Shown: piece after piece, positions 1 to 7,790 of the stretch
Position numbering within the stretch: position 1 is the first letter of the stretch
How the letters are laid out: each line of letters opens with the position of its first letter
Origin: Bradyrhizobium sp.
GTDB taxonomy: Bacteria > Pseudomonadota > Alphaproteobacteria > Rhizobiales > Xanthobacteraceae
Direction: 5' to 3'
Length of the DNA: 48,448 bases
NCBI GenBank assembly: GCA_043722155.1
Contig: JAYSPJ010000186.1
Coordinates: 1 to 48,448, forward strand
Program-made: the position numbers and the translations under genes
The notes under the pieces: generated by a model
Told to the model about the DNA's origin: nothing
The model's input: only the letters and a program-made list of their open reading frames with translations
Database searches by the model: none

Positions 1-336
1 AAAGCCTATGGCGGCGCGTTCGACGTGATGGCGTCGAAGGAAATCGGCGCCGACATGAACTACGCCTGGCCGACCGCGCAGATCGCCGTGATGGGCGCCA
101 AGGGCGCGGTGGAAATCATTTTCCGCGGCGATATCGGCGACACCGACAAGATCGCCGCACGCACCAGGGAATACGAGGACCGCTTCCTGTCCCCCTTCAT
201 CGCCGCCGAGCGCGGCTACATCGACGACGTCATCATGCCGCATTCGACGCGGCGGCGGATCGCGCGGGCGCTGGCGATGCTGAAGGACAAGCACGTCGAG
301 ATTCCGATGAAGAAGCACGACAATCTGCCGTTGTAA
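1..336 (+). CDS. pccB: Propionyl-CoA/acyl-CoA carboxylase beta (carboxyltransferase) subunit, 3' part (truncated by window start)
   Basis: Frame 1 reads KAYGGAFDVMASK...AWPTAQIAVMGAKGAVEIIFR...AAERGYIDDVI...KKHDNLPL, the typical PccB C-terminus. Confidence 0.93.
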   Translation, partial: KAYGGAFDVMASKEIGADMNYAWPTAQIAVMGAKGAVEIIFRGDIGDTDKIAARTREYEDRFLSPFIAAERGYIDDVIMPHSTRRRIARALAMLKDKHVEIPMKKHDNLPL

Positions 337-420
337 GGCCGCGAATCCTTTCGATTTTGCTGTTTCCACCAGGAGAGTGGCTGCTATACTTATGGTTGCA
401 GGCTGGCGGCGGTGGGGCGC

Positions 421-1047
421 ATGGCGGACGCGTTGGCAGACAAGACACCGGCGGAGAAACCGCAGAGGCCGCCGGATGCCCCTCTCGCCGAGGGCCTGAA
501 GCCGGAATTGCTGGGCGCCTACAAGCGCATGCTGACCTACCAGTTCAGCGGCACGGTGGTGCTGGTTGCCGTGATGGCGGTGGGCCTGCTCGGATCCTAT
601 GCCATTGCGCGCTGGGAGCCGCCGATTCTGGTCCTGGTCACCCTGTCGGGAATGCTGGGCGCATTCTTCAGCGCGCTGACCCGCCTCTATAACGTCGATC
701 AATTGTCGCTGGCGCTGATCTCTCCAACTGTATCGAAGCTGAACGGGTGGCATCTGCTGATGTACTCATTCGTTCCGCCTGTGGTCGGGGCGATTGCCTC
801 TGTGGTGCTGTATATCGGCTTTGTGTCGGGGCTGGTTTCCGGCGGCGTATTCCCTGCGATGTCCTGCAAGGACGCGGGCAAGACCTGCACCGACCTGGTC
901 GAGGTTCTCAACGACTACGGACCCACCGGCGCCAATGATTATGGCAAAGCGCTGATCTGGGCATTCATCGCGGGCTTCTCCGAGCGTTTCGTGCCAGACA
1001 TTCTGCAATCGCTGGTCATGAGATCGCAAAAAGCGGAAGTTAAGTGA
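421..1047 (+). CDS. Hypothetical integral membrane protein (about 4 TM segments)
   Basis: ORF 412..1047, ATG at 421; several hydrophobic helices; C-terminal FIAGFSERFVPDIL motif. Confidence 0.75.
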   Translation: MADALADKTPAEKPQRPPDAPLAEGLKPELLGAYKRMLTYQFSGTVVLVAVMAVGLLGSYAIARWEPPILVLVTLSGMLGAFFSALTRLYNVDQLSLALISPTVSKLNGWHLLMYSFVPPVVGAIASVVLYIGFVSGLVSGGVFPAMSCKDAGKTCTDLVEVLNDYGPTGANDYGKALIWAFIAGFSERFVPDILQSLVMRSQKAEVK

Positions 1048-1059
1048 CCGTTAGCCGTG

Positions 1060-1110
1060 CAAATCGCGGTGACGGGCGCCAAGGATGCTTTGGAAATCAT
1101 CTTCCGCGGG
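1060..1110 (+). pseudogene. Degenerate 51-bp copy of an internal pccB segment
   Basis: Translates QIAVTGAKDALEIIFRG versus QIAVMGAKGAVEIIFRG at 79-129; 42/51 nt identical by manual alignment. Confidence 0.85.
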
Positions 1111-1244
1111 CGGCTCCGAAGCATGCAGCTCGGATTGGCGAGCATAATCCGCCATTGTTATGGCTTCTCTTCGTGGATACTTTGCGGTGGGTTACGGCTT
1201 CCGTCTTCGCTCTGAGAGCCTAACCCATCATTCGGAGCCCGCCC

Positions 1245-1559
1245 ATGCCCTTAGCCTATTTCGTCGTCCGCGCCACCGTCGCCGATCCCGCCAAACGCAA
1301 GGCGTTCGATGAGTGGTATCAAAAAGAACATCTGCCCGACGCGACCAAGGCGTTCGGCGTCAGGAAGGCGCGGAGGTTCTGGAGCGCCAGCGATCCGTCG
1401 CTGCATATGGCGACGTATGAATTTCCCGACCTGGCGGCGCTTGAGCGCGGCACCGGCGGCGATGCGCTGAAGCCGCTGGTCGCCGAATTCGACCGCTGCT
1501 GGCCGGGTGTCACCCGCACGCGCGAGGTGCTGGTGCTGGCGGAGGAGTTTGCGGCGTAG
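1245..1559 (+). CDS. Small hypothetical protein, EthD/dimeric alpha-beta barrel-like
   Basis: GGAG RBS; FDEWYQKEHLPD motif typical of EthD/Dabb-like proteins. Confidence 0.7.
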   Translation: MPLAYFVVRATVADPAKRKAFDEWYQKEHLPDATKAFGVRKARRFWSASDPSLHMATYEFPDLAALERGTGGDALKPLVAEFDRCWPGVTRTREVLVLAEEFAA

Positions 1560-1764
1560 AGGTTTCTGCGCCGACGCTGCACGGAAGCAGCCTTTCTCTT
1601 GCCTCACTTCATCGCCAAGCAGCGCGATCGTGGGAAATTCCGCCTCTGCCGGGCCAGTCGCATGTCGTACCTGAAGCCGCGCGAACCGGCTTGCCAAGGC
1701 TGCGGCGTAATGGCCTAATTGGCGTCAAGATCAGCAAAAACACCGTCGACAGGGGAAACGCATC

Positions 1765-2769
1765 ATGGGCTTTCAATCGTGGCGCGCTGGCGCGGCCGGC
1801 CTTCACCTCACGCTGGCTTTGGCGGTGGCTGCGGCCTTCGCGATCGGCTGCGGATCGGCCTCAGCGCAGAATTGGCCGGAACGGCCGGTGACCTTCATCG
1901 TGCCATTTCCGGCCGGCGGCGGCACCGATGCGTTCGCGCGGCCGCTGGCGGCGCAGCTCGACAAGCAGCTCGGTGTCCGCTTTCTGATCGACAACCGCGG
2001 CGGCGCCGGCGGCACCATCGGTGCTTCCGCGGCGGCCAAGGCCGAGGCCAACGGCTACAACTTCTTCGTCGGCGCCGCCCATCACGCCATTGCGCCGTCG
2101 ATCTTTCTCAAGCTCGATTACGATCTCGAGAAGGATTTCATCCCGGTCGCGCTGCTCGCGACTCCGCCGCAGGTGATCGTCGTCAATCCGGACAAGGTCG
2201 AGGCCAAGACGCTGGCCGAGATGATTGCCTATTTGAAGGCCAATCCGGGCAAGATGGATTTTGCCTCCGCCGGTCGCGGCACCACGCATCAGCTCGCGGG
2301 GGAATTGTTCAACATCCTGGCCGGCACCAAGATGAATCATGTGCCGTATCGTGGCGCGGGTCCGGCGATGCAGGATCTGGTCTCCGGGCATGTCCATGTC
2401 ATGTTCGACGGGCTCGGCTCCTCGGCCAGCCAGATCCAGGGCGGCAAGCTGCGCGCCCTGGCGGTCGCGTCGCCCCAGCGCTCGCCCGCGATCCCCGATG
2501 TGCCGACCGCCGCCGAAGCGGGGCTCAAGGGTTATGAGGTGTCGACCTGGTACGCGCTGTTCGCGCCGAAGGGCACGCCGCCGGAGATCATCGCGAAGAT
2601 GACGGCCGAGGTGCGCAAGGCAATGGACTCTGACGCCCTGAAAGACATCTGGGCCAAGAACGGCTCGGTCACGCCGACGCTGACGGGCCCGGAGTTCGGA
2701 AAGTTCGTCCACTCGGAAATCGCCCGCTGGGCCGATGTGGTACAGAAGGCCGGCATCAAGCCCGAGTGA
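1765..2769 (+). CDS. Bug/TctC family tripartite tricarboxylate transporter substrate-binding protein
   Basis: Signal peptide; WPERPVTFIVPFPAGGGTD, NRGGAGGTIG, HVPYRGAGPAMQDL motifs. Confidence 0.93.
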   Translation: MGFQSWRAGAAGLHLTLALAVAAAFAIGCGSASAQNWPERPVTFIVPFPAGGGTDAFARPLAAQLDKQLGVRFLIDNRGGAGGTIGASAAAKAEANGYNFFVGAAHHAIAPSIFLKLDYDLEKDFIPVALLATPPQVIVVNPDKVEAKTLAEMIAYLKANPGKMDFASAGRGTTHQLAGELFNILAGTKMNHVPYRGAGPAMQDLVSGHVHVMFDGLGSSASQIQGGKLRALAVASPQRSPAIPDVPTAAEAGLKGYEVSTWYALFAPKGTPPEIIAKMTAEVRKAMDSDALKDIWAKNGSVTPTLTGPEFGKFVHSEIARWADVVQKAGIKPE

Positions 2770-2789
2770 TCAAACGCCGTTAGAATGCG

Positions 2790-2879
2790 CGTAGGGTGGG
2801 CAAAGGCGCAATTGCGCCGTGCCCACCATCGACCGTGATGCGCTGAAGGGTGGACACGCTTCGCTTTGCCCACCCTACG
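2790..2879. repeat. GTAG-type REP-like inverted repeat
   Basis: cgtagggtgggcaaag ... ctttgcccaccctacg perfect terminal inversion with an internal ggcgcaattgcgcc palindrome. Confidence 0.85.
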
Positions 2880-3163
2880 GCTCTAACGCCCCTCTACTTC
2901 AACCCCATGCAACTGGCATAGAACGTCGTGGTCGCCGGCCAGTCCGAAAACATGCTGCGCACGCCGACCTGTTGCGCCAGCACATCGAGTGCCGTCAGCG
3001 TGTCGCCGTCGCGGTCGACAGCCGCCTTCCCAACTATCGTCGTCCCTGCGTGCGCAGGGACGACCTCGCGTGTGATGATAATCGCGCGGTTCAGCGAGCA
3101 TTCATCTCGCCGCGATCAAACTCCCTTCGCATCACTCAACAGTGCCGCGACAAGGGAGATGTC

Positions 3164-3490
3164 ATGGAACGCCGCCACTTTCTGAAACTCGCCTTTGGAT
3201 TAGCCACCGGCGCGGTGGCGCTGGCCGCGGGCGCACAGGCAGCACCGCTCGCGCCGCAACCACTCCCCGAAGACGGACGGCTGCCGCCTGGAAACGGCGA
3301 TGTGCGGCCGGCGGTCGCGACCGCCGACGAGGTTGACCGTCTTTCGCCAGAAGAGGTGCGCTGGGGTCGCGGCCGCGGTCGACACGGGGGATGGCGCGGG
3401 CGGCGCTGGGGTTGGCGCCGGCGTCATTGGGGCTGGCATCGCCGCCGCTGGCGTCGCCGCCGCCGCTACTGGCGCCGCCGTTACTGGTGA
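3164..3490 (+). CDS. Tat-signal small protein with Arg/Trp-rich (protamine-like) C-terminus
   Basis: GGGAG RBS; MERRHFLK twin-arginine motif, hydrophobic core, AQA cleavage site; tail RWGRGRGRHGGWRGRRWGWRRRHWGWHRRRWRRRRRYWRRRYW. Confidence 0.8.
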   Translation: MERRHFLKLAFGLATGAVALAAGAQAAPLAPQPLPEDGRLPPGNGDVRPAVATADEVDRLSPEEVRWGRGRGRHGGWRGRRWGWRRRHWGWHRRRWRRRRRYWRRRYW

Positions 3491-3588
3491 GGCGCGATCG
3501 ATCCGGTTCGGGGAGGGCGGGACCCTGTTCTCCCGTCCTCCCGTCTTCACGTCGATGACAGGCCGCCGTTGCGGGCAGCCTCTCAAAC

Positions 3589-3615
3589 AAAAAACCCCGC
3601 GCGAGCGGGGCTTTT
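3589..3615. terminator. Bidirectional rho-independent terminator between convergent genes
   Basis: aaaaaa-ccccgc-gcga-gcgggg-ctttt hairpin with A/T tracts on both sides. Confidence 0.75.
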
Positions 3616-3635
3616 CCGTGGTGCGTGAGGTCGGC

Positions 3636-3887
3636 TCAATAACGGCAGCGACCAGCGGCCCAGACCATGCCACGGGGACAGACGCGGGCGCGAGGCACCA
3701 CCACGACGGGAGCCGCCCGGTAAACCACGACCGGCGGCCGCCGCACCACGACCACCCCGGCATTGGGCTGGCATCCGCCATAGGGGCCGCGGTGGAAGCC
3801 GCGACCGCATCCCTGCGCGGCATCGGCGGTGGCGGCAAAGCCCGCAACCGTAGTTGCAAGCAGGGCTGCTGCGATCAGATACTTCAT
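3636..3887 (-). CDS. Small secreted Cys-containing protein (GCG_CRPN-prefix type)
   Basis: GAGGGAG RBS; signal peptide ending ADA; AQGCGRGFHRGPYGGCQPN motif; second Cys pair CPRGMVWAAGRC. Confidence 0.8.
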   Translation of the reverse strand: MKYLIAAALLATTVAGFAATADAAQGCGRGFHRGPYGGCQPNAGVVVVRRPPVVVYRAAPVVVVPRARVCPRGMVWAAGRCRY

Positions 3888-4061
3888 GTTCTCTCCCTCA
3901 TTTCGAGCCGCACCGTGCGGCGCCGGACCGCATCCGGTCCGTTCGATTCGACGTGCTGAATCAGTTCAGCACGTCGAAACATTTCTGCGACCTTAATGAG
4001 GCGAACTGAACGCGGAATGAATGTCGGCGATCCCGAGATGTCCGGCGTCAGCGCGAGGCGA

Positions 4062-4760
4062 TCAATCCTTGGGCGTCCCGAACAGGGCCGCAAAACGCTT
4101 CTCGCCGCTGCGGGTGAAATTGACGACCCGGCTGCCGGGGGCGGTGTCGCGGGCCGCCCAATTCAATTCGGCGAACCGCGTCATGATCGCCGCACCCAGC
4201 GTTCCCGCGAGGTGATGGCGGCGCTCGCTCCAGTCGAGGCAGGCCTTGCACAGCGGCCGGCGCGGATGCGCCAGCGCGCCCGCATCGATCTGCAGCGCCG
4301 TCGCCATGAAACGCTCGCCCTCGGCGGTGAGTTCGAGCGCCTGCTTGCTCTGGCGCAGCAGGCGCTGCTTGCGCAGGCTGTCCAGCATCTGCACGCCGAG
4401 ATCGCCGGCCAGATGGTCGTAGCAGATCCGCGCGCGGCGCAGCGCCGGATCCTTCGGCCCGGTGCGCACGCGCATGTGGCCGGCGCGCGCGGCACGGCCG
4501 GCGAGGCCCTCGAGCACGCCGGCGACGTCGGGGTCGGCCAGGCGAAAATAGCGGTGACGGCCCTGCTTCTCCTGCTCGATCAGGCCGCCGGCCTCGAGCT
4601 TCGACAGGTGCGAACTCGCGGTCTGTGGCGTGATGCCGGCCTGGTGCGCCAGCTCGCTGGCGGTCAGCGCGCGGCCGGTCATCAGCGCCGTCAGCATGTT
4701 GGCGCGCGCGGGATCGCCGACCAGGGCGGCGATCATGGCGATGTCGGGGCCTGCTTTCAT
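4062..4760 (-). CDS. ArsR/SmtB family winged-helix transcriptional regulator
   Basis: ALVGDPARANML, TASELA, TASSHLSKL, QGRHRYF, RICYDHLAG, CLDWSERRHHLAG motifs. Confidence 0.92.
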   Translation of the reverse strand: MKAGPDIAMIAALVGDPARANMLTALMTGRALTASELAHQAGITPQTASSHLSKLEAGGLIEQEKQGRHRYFRLADPDVAGVLEGLAGRAARAGHMRVRTGPKDPALRRARICYDHLAGDLGVQMLDSLRKQRLLRQSKQALELTAEGERFMATALQIDAGALAHPRRPLCKACLDWSERRHHLAGTLGAAIMTRFAELNWAARDTAPGSRVVNFTRSGEKRFAALFGTPKD

Positions 4761-4804
4761 AGTTCGATCCTAGACGAAGCATCGACGTCGTCAAGAGGCT
4801 AAAG

Positions 4805-4833
4805 CTGGATTGCTTCGCTTGCGCTCGCAATGA
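4805..4833. repeat. Half copy of a CGTC/GTCA-type palindromic repeat
   Basis: ctggattgcttcgcttgcgctcgcaatga hairpin resembling common rhizobial intergenic repeats. Confidence 0.55.
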
Positions 4834-4868
4834 TGGCTTTGCGCACCGTCGAATCGCCGGAGGTTCTC

Positions 4869-4941
4869 TTGGCCATCACCGTTTTCATCCGAATTTATTC
4901 TGGCCGAGGAACGGACCTTCTTGCGGAAGATGGAATTGTAG
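4869..4941 (+). pseudogene. NIPSNAP family gene remnant (internal deletion plus frameshift)
   Basis: GGAGG RBS, TTG-AITVFIR, then +1 shift to FILAEERTFLRKMEL*; these match the two termini of small NIPSNAP proteins that usually sit between this ArsR type and ABM. Confidence 0.7.
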
Positions 4942-4971
4942 GTCATCCCAAATGCGCAACGGAGGTGCAAC

Positions 4972-5322
4972 ATGATAGCGGTGATCTTTGAAGTCTGGCC
5001 GAAGCCGGAGCACAGGCAGGAATATTTCGACCTCGCGGCCGACCTGAAGCCGATCCTGCAAACCATCGACGGCTTCATCTCGGTCGAGCGGTTCGAAAGC
5101 CTGACCGAGAAGGGCAAGATCCTCTCGCTGTCGTTCTGGCGCGATGAGGAAGCCGTCGCCGCGTGGCGCAATGTGCCGGGTCACCGCGAAACCCAGAGCA
5201 AGGGCCGTGCGGCGATTTTCGAGAACTACCGGCTGCGCATCGCCGGGGTGATCCGCGACTACGGCATGACGGATCGGGCCCAGGCACCAGAGGACAGCCG
5301 GGCGGTTCACGAAGCGAACTAG
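4972..5322 (+). CDS. Antibiotic biosynthesis monooxygenase (ABM) family protein
   Basis: MIAVIFEVWP, IDGFISVERFES, LSLSFWRDEEAVAAWRN, HRETQ motifs; GGAGG RBS. Confidence 0.9.
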   Translation: MIAVIFEVWPKPEHRQEYFDLAADLKPILQTIDGFISVERFESLTEKGKILSLSFWRDEEAVAAWRNVPGHRETQSKGRAAIFENYRLRIAGVIRDYGMTDRAQAPEDSRAVHEAN

Positions 5323-5382
5323 CCCCCGACCTTGTCGCGCCGATATTCTCGCAGCCCAAGCAATCAATCGAAGGGAGAGACC

Positions 5383-6198
5383 ATGCCGGTATCGACAGCA
5401 GACAAGCGCGCCACATTCCGGAAAATGCACGAGTCCGGTTGCTTCATCATTCCCAACCCCCACGACGCCGGCAGCGCCAAGGCGCTGCAGCATCTCGGCT
5501 TCAAGGCGCTGGCTTCCACCAGCGCGGGTTTTGCCTGGACGATCGGCAAGGCCGACAACCGCGTCACGCTGGATGAGGTCTGCACCCATCTCGCCGCGTT
5601 GTGCGCAGCCGTCGATCTGCCCGTCAACGCCGATTTCGAGGGTGGCTTTGCGCACGAGCCGGCCAAGGTCGGCGCCAATGTCGCGCGCGGGGTGAAGACC
5701 GGCGTCGCCGGGCTGTCGATCGAGGACTCCACCGGCGATGCCGCAAAACCGCTGTACGATCGCGCGCTCGCGATCGAGCGCATCAAGGCGGCGCGGGCGG
5801 CCATCGATGCCGACGACAGCGGCGTGTTGCTGACCGGCCGCTGCGAAGGTTTTCTGGTCGGGCAGACCGACCTCGCCATGGTGATCGACCGGCTGCAGGC
5901 CTATTCGGAAGCGGGCGCGGACTGCCTTTACGCGCCTGGAATCAAAACCAGGGAGCAGATATCGGCGGTCGTGAAGGCTGTGCATCCGAAGCCGGTCAAT
6001 CTTCTGATCGGCGCGTCCGGCCTCAGCCTGGCGCAGGCCGCCGATCTCGGCATCCGCCGGATCAGCGTCGGCGGTTCGCTGGCGCGCGCGGCGTGGGGCG
6101 GATTCATGCGGGCAGCCAAGGAGATGGCCGAGAAGGGGACGTTCACCGAACTCGGTAATGGCTATCCCGGTGGCGAATTGAACAAGATGTTCAGCTGA
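5383..6198 (+). CDS. Isocitrate lyase/PEP mutase family protein
   Basis: PNPHDAGSA, ALASTSAG, PVNADFEGG, GLSIED, AGADCLYAPG, RRISVGG motifs; ATG at 5383 after GGGAG. Confidence 0.92.
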   Translation: MPVSTADKRATFRKMHESGCFIIPNPHDAGSAKALQHLGFKALASTSAGFAWTIGKADNRVTLDEVCTHLAALCAAVDLPVNADFEGGFAHEPAKVGANVARGVKTGVAGLSIEDSTGDAAKPLYDRALAIERIKAARAAIDADDSGVLLTGRCEGFLVGQTDLAMVIDRLQAYSEAGADCLYAPGIKTREQISAVVKAVHPKPVNLLIGASGLSLAQAADLGIRRISVGGSLARAAWGGFMRAAKEMAEKGTFTELGNGYPGGELNKMFS

Positions 6199-6269
6199 CG
6201 CCAAGCCAAGAACGCGGCGGGCAATTGCTTGCCCGCCGCGCTATTGATTCAGATCGCTACTGCCAGCCG

Positions 6270-6680
6270 TTACTTGCTGGGGGCGGTGCTGGCCGGCGGA
6301 TTGACCGCGGGAGCCGGGGCCGGCGGGGTCTGCGGACGCGTCGGGGCGGCGCCGGTCGTCGTGCCCGGCTCCGTATTGGCACGCGGTGTCACGTCACGCA
6401 TGCCGGCTGGGGCCGTGGGAGGCGATGTCTGCTGGGTGTTCTGCGCCGTCGAAGTGGTCGGAGACGTGCCGGCCTGATTGACGGTCGAATTGTTCAGTCC
6501 ATAGAAGACAGCGCCCAGCACCACCGCGATGGCGAGGGCGAACATCGCAACCTTGGCCCCGTTGGCAGGGCCTTCGGCGAGTTGGGGATCGGCCTGCAGC
6601 TCATTGTCGAGACGGGCTTGACGGCGAATGTCGCTGTCGGTGAGATTGGAGCGATAGGGATCGTCCGGATTGATGGCCAT
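6270..6680 (-). CDS. Hypothetical single-TM protein with Pro/Thr-rich tail
   Basis: ATG at 6680 preceded by GGAGG; TM segment AMFALAIAVVLGAVFYGL; low-complexity C-terminus. Confidence 0.75.
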   Translation of the reverse strand: MAINPDDPYRSNLTDSDIRRQARLDNELQADPQLAEGPANGAKVAMFALAIAVVLGAVFYGLNNSTVNQAGTSPTTSTAQNTQQTSPPTAPAGMRDVTPRANTEPGTTTGAAPTRPQTPPAPAPAVNPPASTAPSK

Positions 6681-6707
6681 GGATGGGTTCCTCCGTTGTC
6701 CGCTAAC

Positions 6708-6732
6708 AACCGTTGGAAGCAACAGGGGTTCC
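6708..6732 (-). promoter_or_regulatory. Putative EcfG/sigmaT general-stress promoter
   Basis: Minus strand GGAAC-N17-GTT ending 28 nt before the ATG at 6680. Confidence 0.5.
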
Positions 6733-6858
6733 GGAACCGCTCGCTCTTTTCTGAGATGCGCCCATTTCTGAGATGCGCCAGGTCGTCCAGCCAACTTCAA
6801 CCTGTTCAGAATGGAACCCGCCACGTAAGTTCCCGGAGTCCTGTTCCATGAGGTTGCG

Positions 6859-7506
6859 ATGTGGGGACTGCCTTCGAGCGATATCGTCCTGTACGCGCTG
6901 TCGCTGCTGGCGCTCACCGCACAGGCGATGACGGCGGCGCTTGCGGCGGGAAAGCGCAGCATGGACTGGGCCGGCGTATGCATGCTCGGCTGCATCACCG
7001 CGCTTGGCGGCGGCACGATCCGCGATGTTTTGCTCGGGCACTATCCGCTGGTCTGGGTGCAGCACCCGTCCTATCTGCTGCTGACCGTGGCTGCCGCGCT
7101 CGCCACCATCCTGGTTGCGCGCGCGGTGCATCGGCTGAACACGGCGTTTCTGGTGCTCGACGCGATCGGTCTGGTGGTCTTCACCATGACCGGTTGCGAC
7201 GTCGCGCGGCAGATCGATCCTTCATTGCCGCTGCTGATCGTGGTGGTGGCGGGGATGATCACCGGCTGCGCCGGCGGCGTGCTGCGCGACATTCTCTGCA
7301 ACGACGTCCCGCTGTTGTTTCGCGCCGAACTTTACGCCAGCGTCTCTATCGTCACCGGGCTCTTCTACGCAACGGGAGGCGGACTGAAGCTCAATGCCGA
7401 GGTGTGGACGGCCCTGACCTTCGTGCTCGGCCTGTCGTTTCGTCTGCTGGCGATTCGCTACCAATGGGAAATGCCGAAATTCGTCTTTGACGAGAATCGC
7501 CGGTAG
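6859..7506 (+). CDS. Trimeric intracellular cation channel (TRIC/UPF0126, YadS-like) membrane protein
   Basis: Duplicated TALGGGTIRDVLLG / TGCAGGVLRDIL motifs, LDAIGL. Confidence 0.92.
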   Translation: MWGLPSSDIVLYALSLLALTAQAMTAALAAGKRSMDWAGVCMLGCITALGGGTIRDVLLGHYPLVWVQHPSYLLLTVAAALATILVARAVHRLNTAFLVLDAIGLVVFTMTGCDVARQIDPSLPLLIVVVAGMITGCAGGVLRDILCNDVPLLFRAELYASVSIVTGLFYATGGGLKLNAEVWTALTFVLGLSFRLLAIRYQWEMPKFVFDENRR

Positions 7507-7790
7507 CGCGGCGGTCTCGGCCTGGCCGACGTCTGATGCGGTGCACAAAACCTGACGGCAGGATCGATCGCATCACGTCGTTTCGCGCGAGAGCCTTCCG
7601 ACGACACAACCCGAAAACGCAGGGCCAGTGCATCGGCACGAAATTGCGATCTTTCGACGCGGGGCTCCAATGCCGAGATTTGTGATGCGCGATCGGCGGA
7701 AAGCGACATAGACTGGTTCCAAGCCAAGACTTTCTAAGCCAAGACAATGACTAGCTAAAAGCCCCGGCGCGGCGGCTCGAAGAGGGTGGA

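Noticed and set aside
2819-3163. N-terminal extension of the 223-aa ORF 2819..3490
   Set aside because: It runs through a REP-like repeat; the RBS and Tat motif place the real start at 3164
7635-7648. Sigma54-like sequence cGGcacgaaattGC upstream of IOR
   Set aside because: GG-to-GC spacing is 9 nt, not the 10 nt required for -24/-12 promoters
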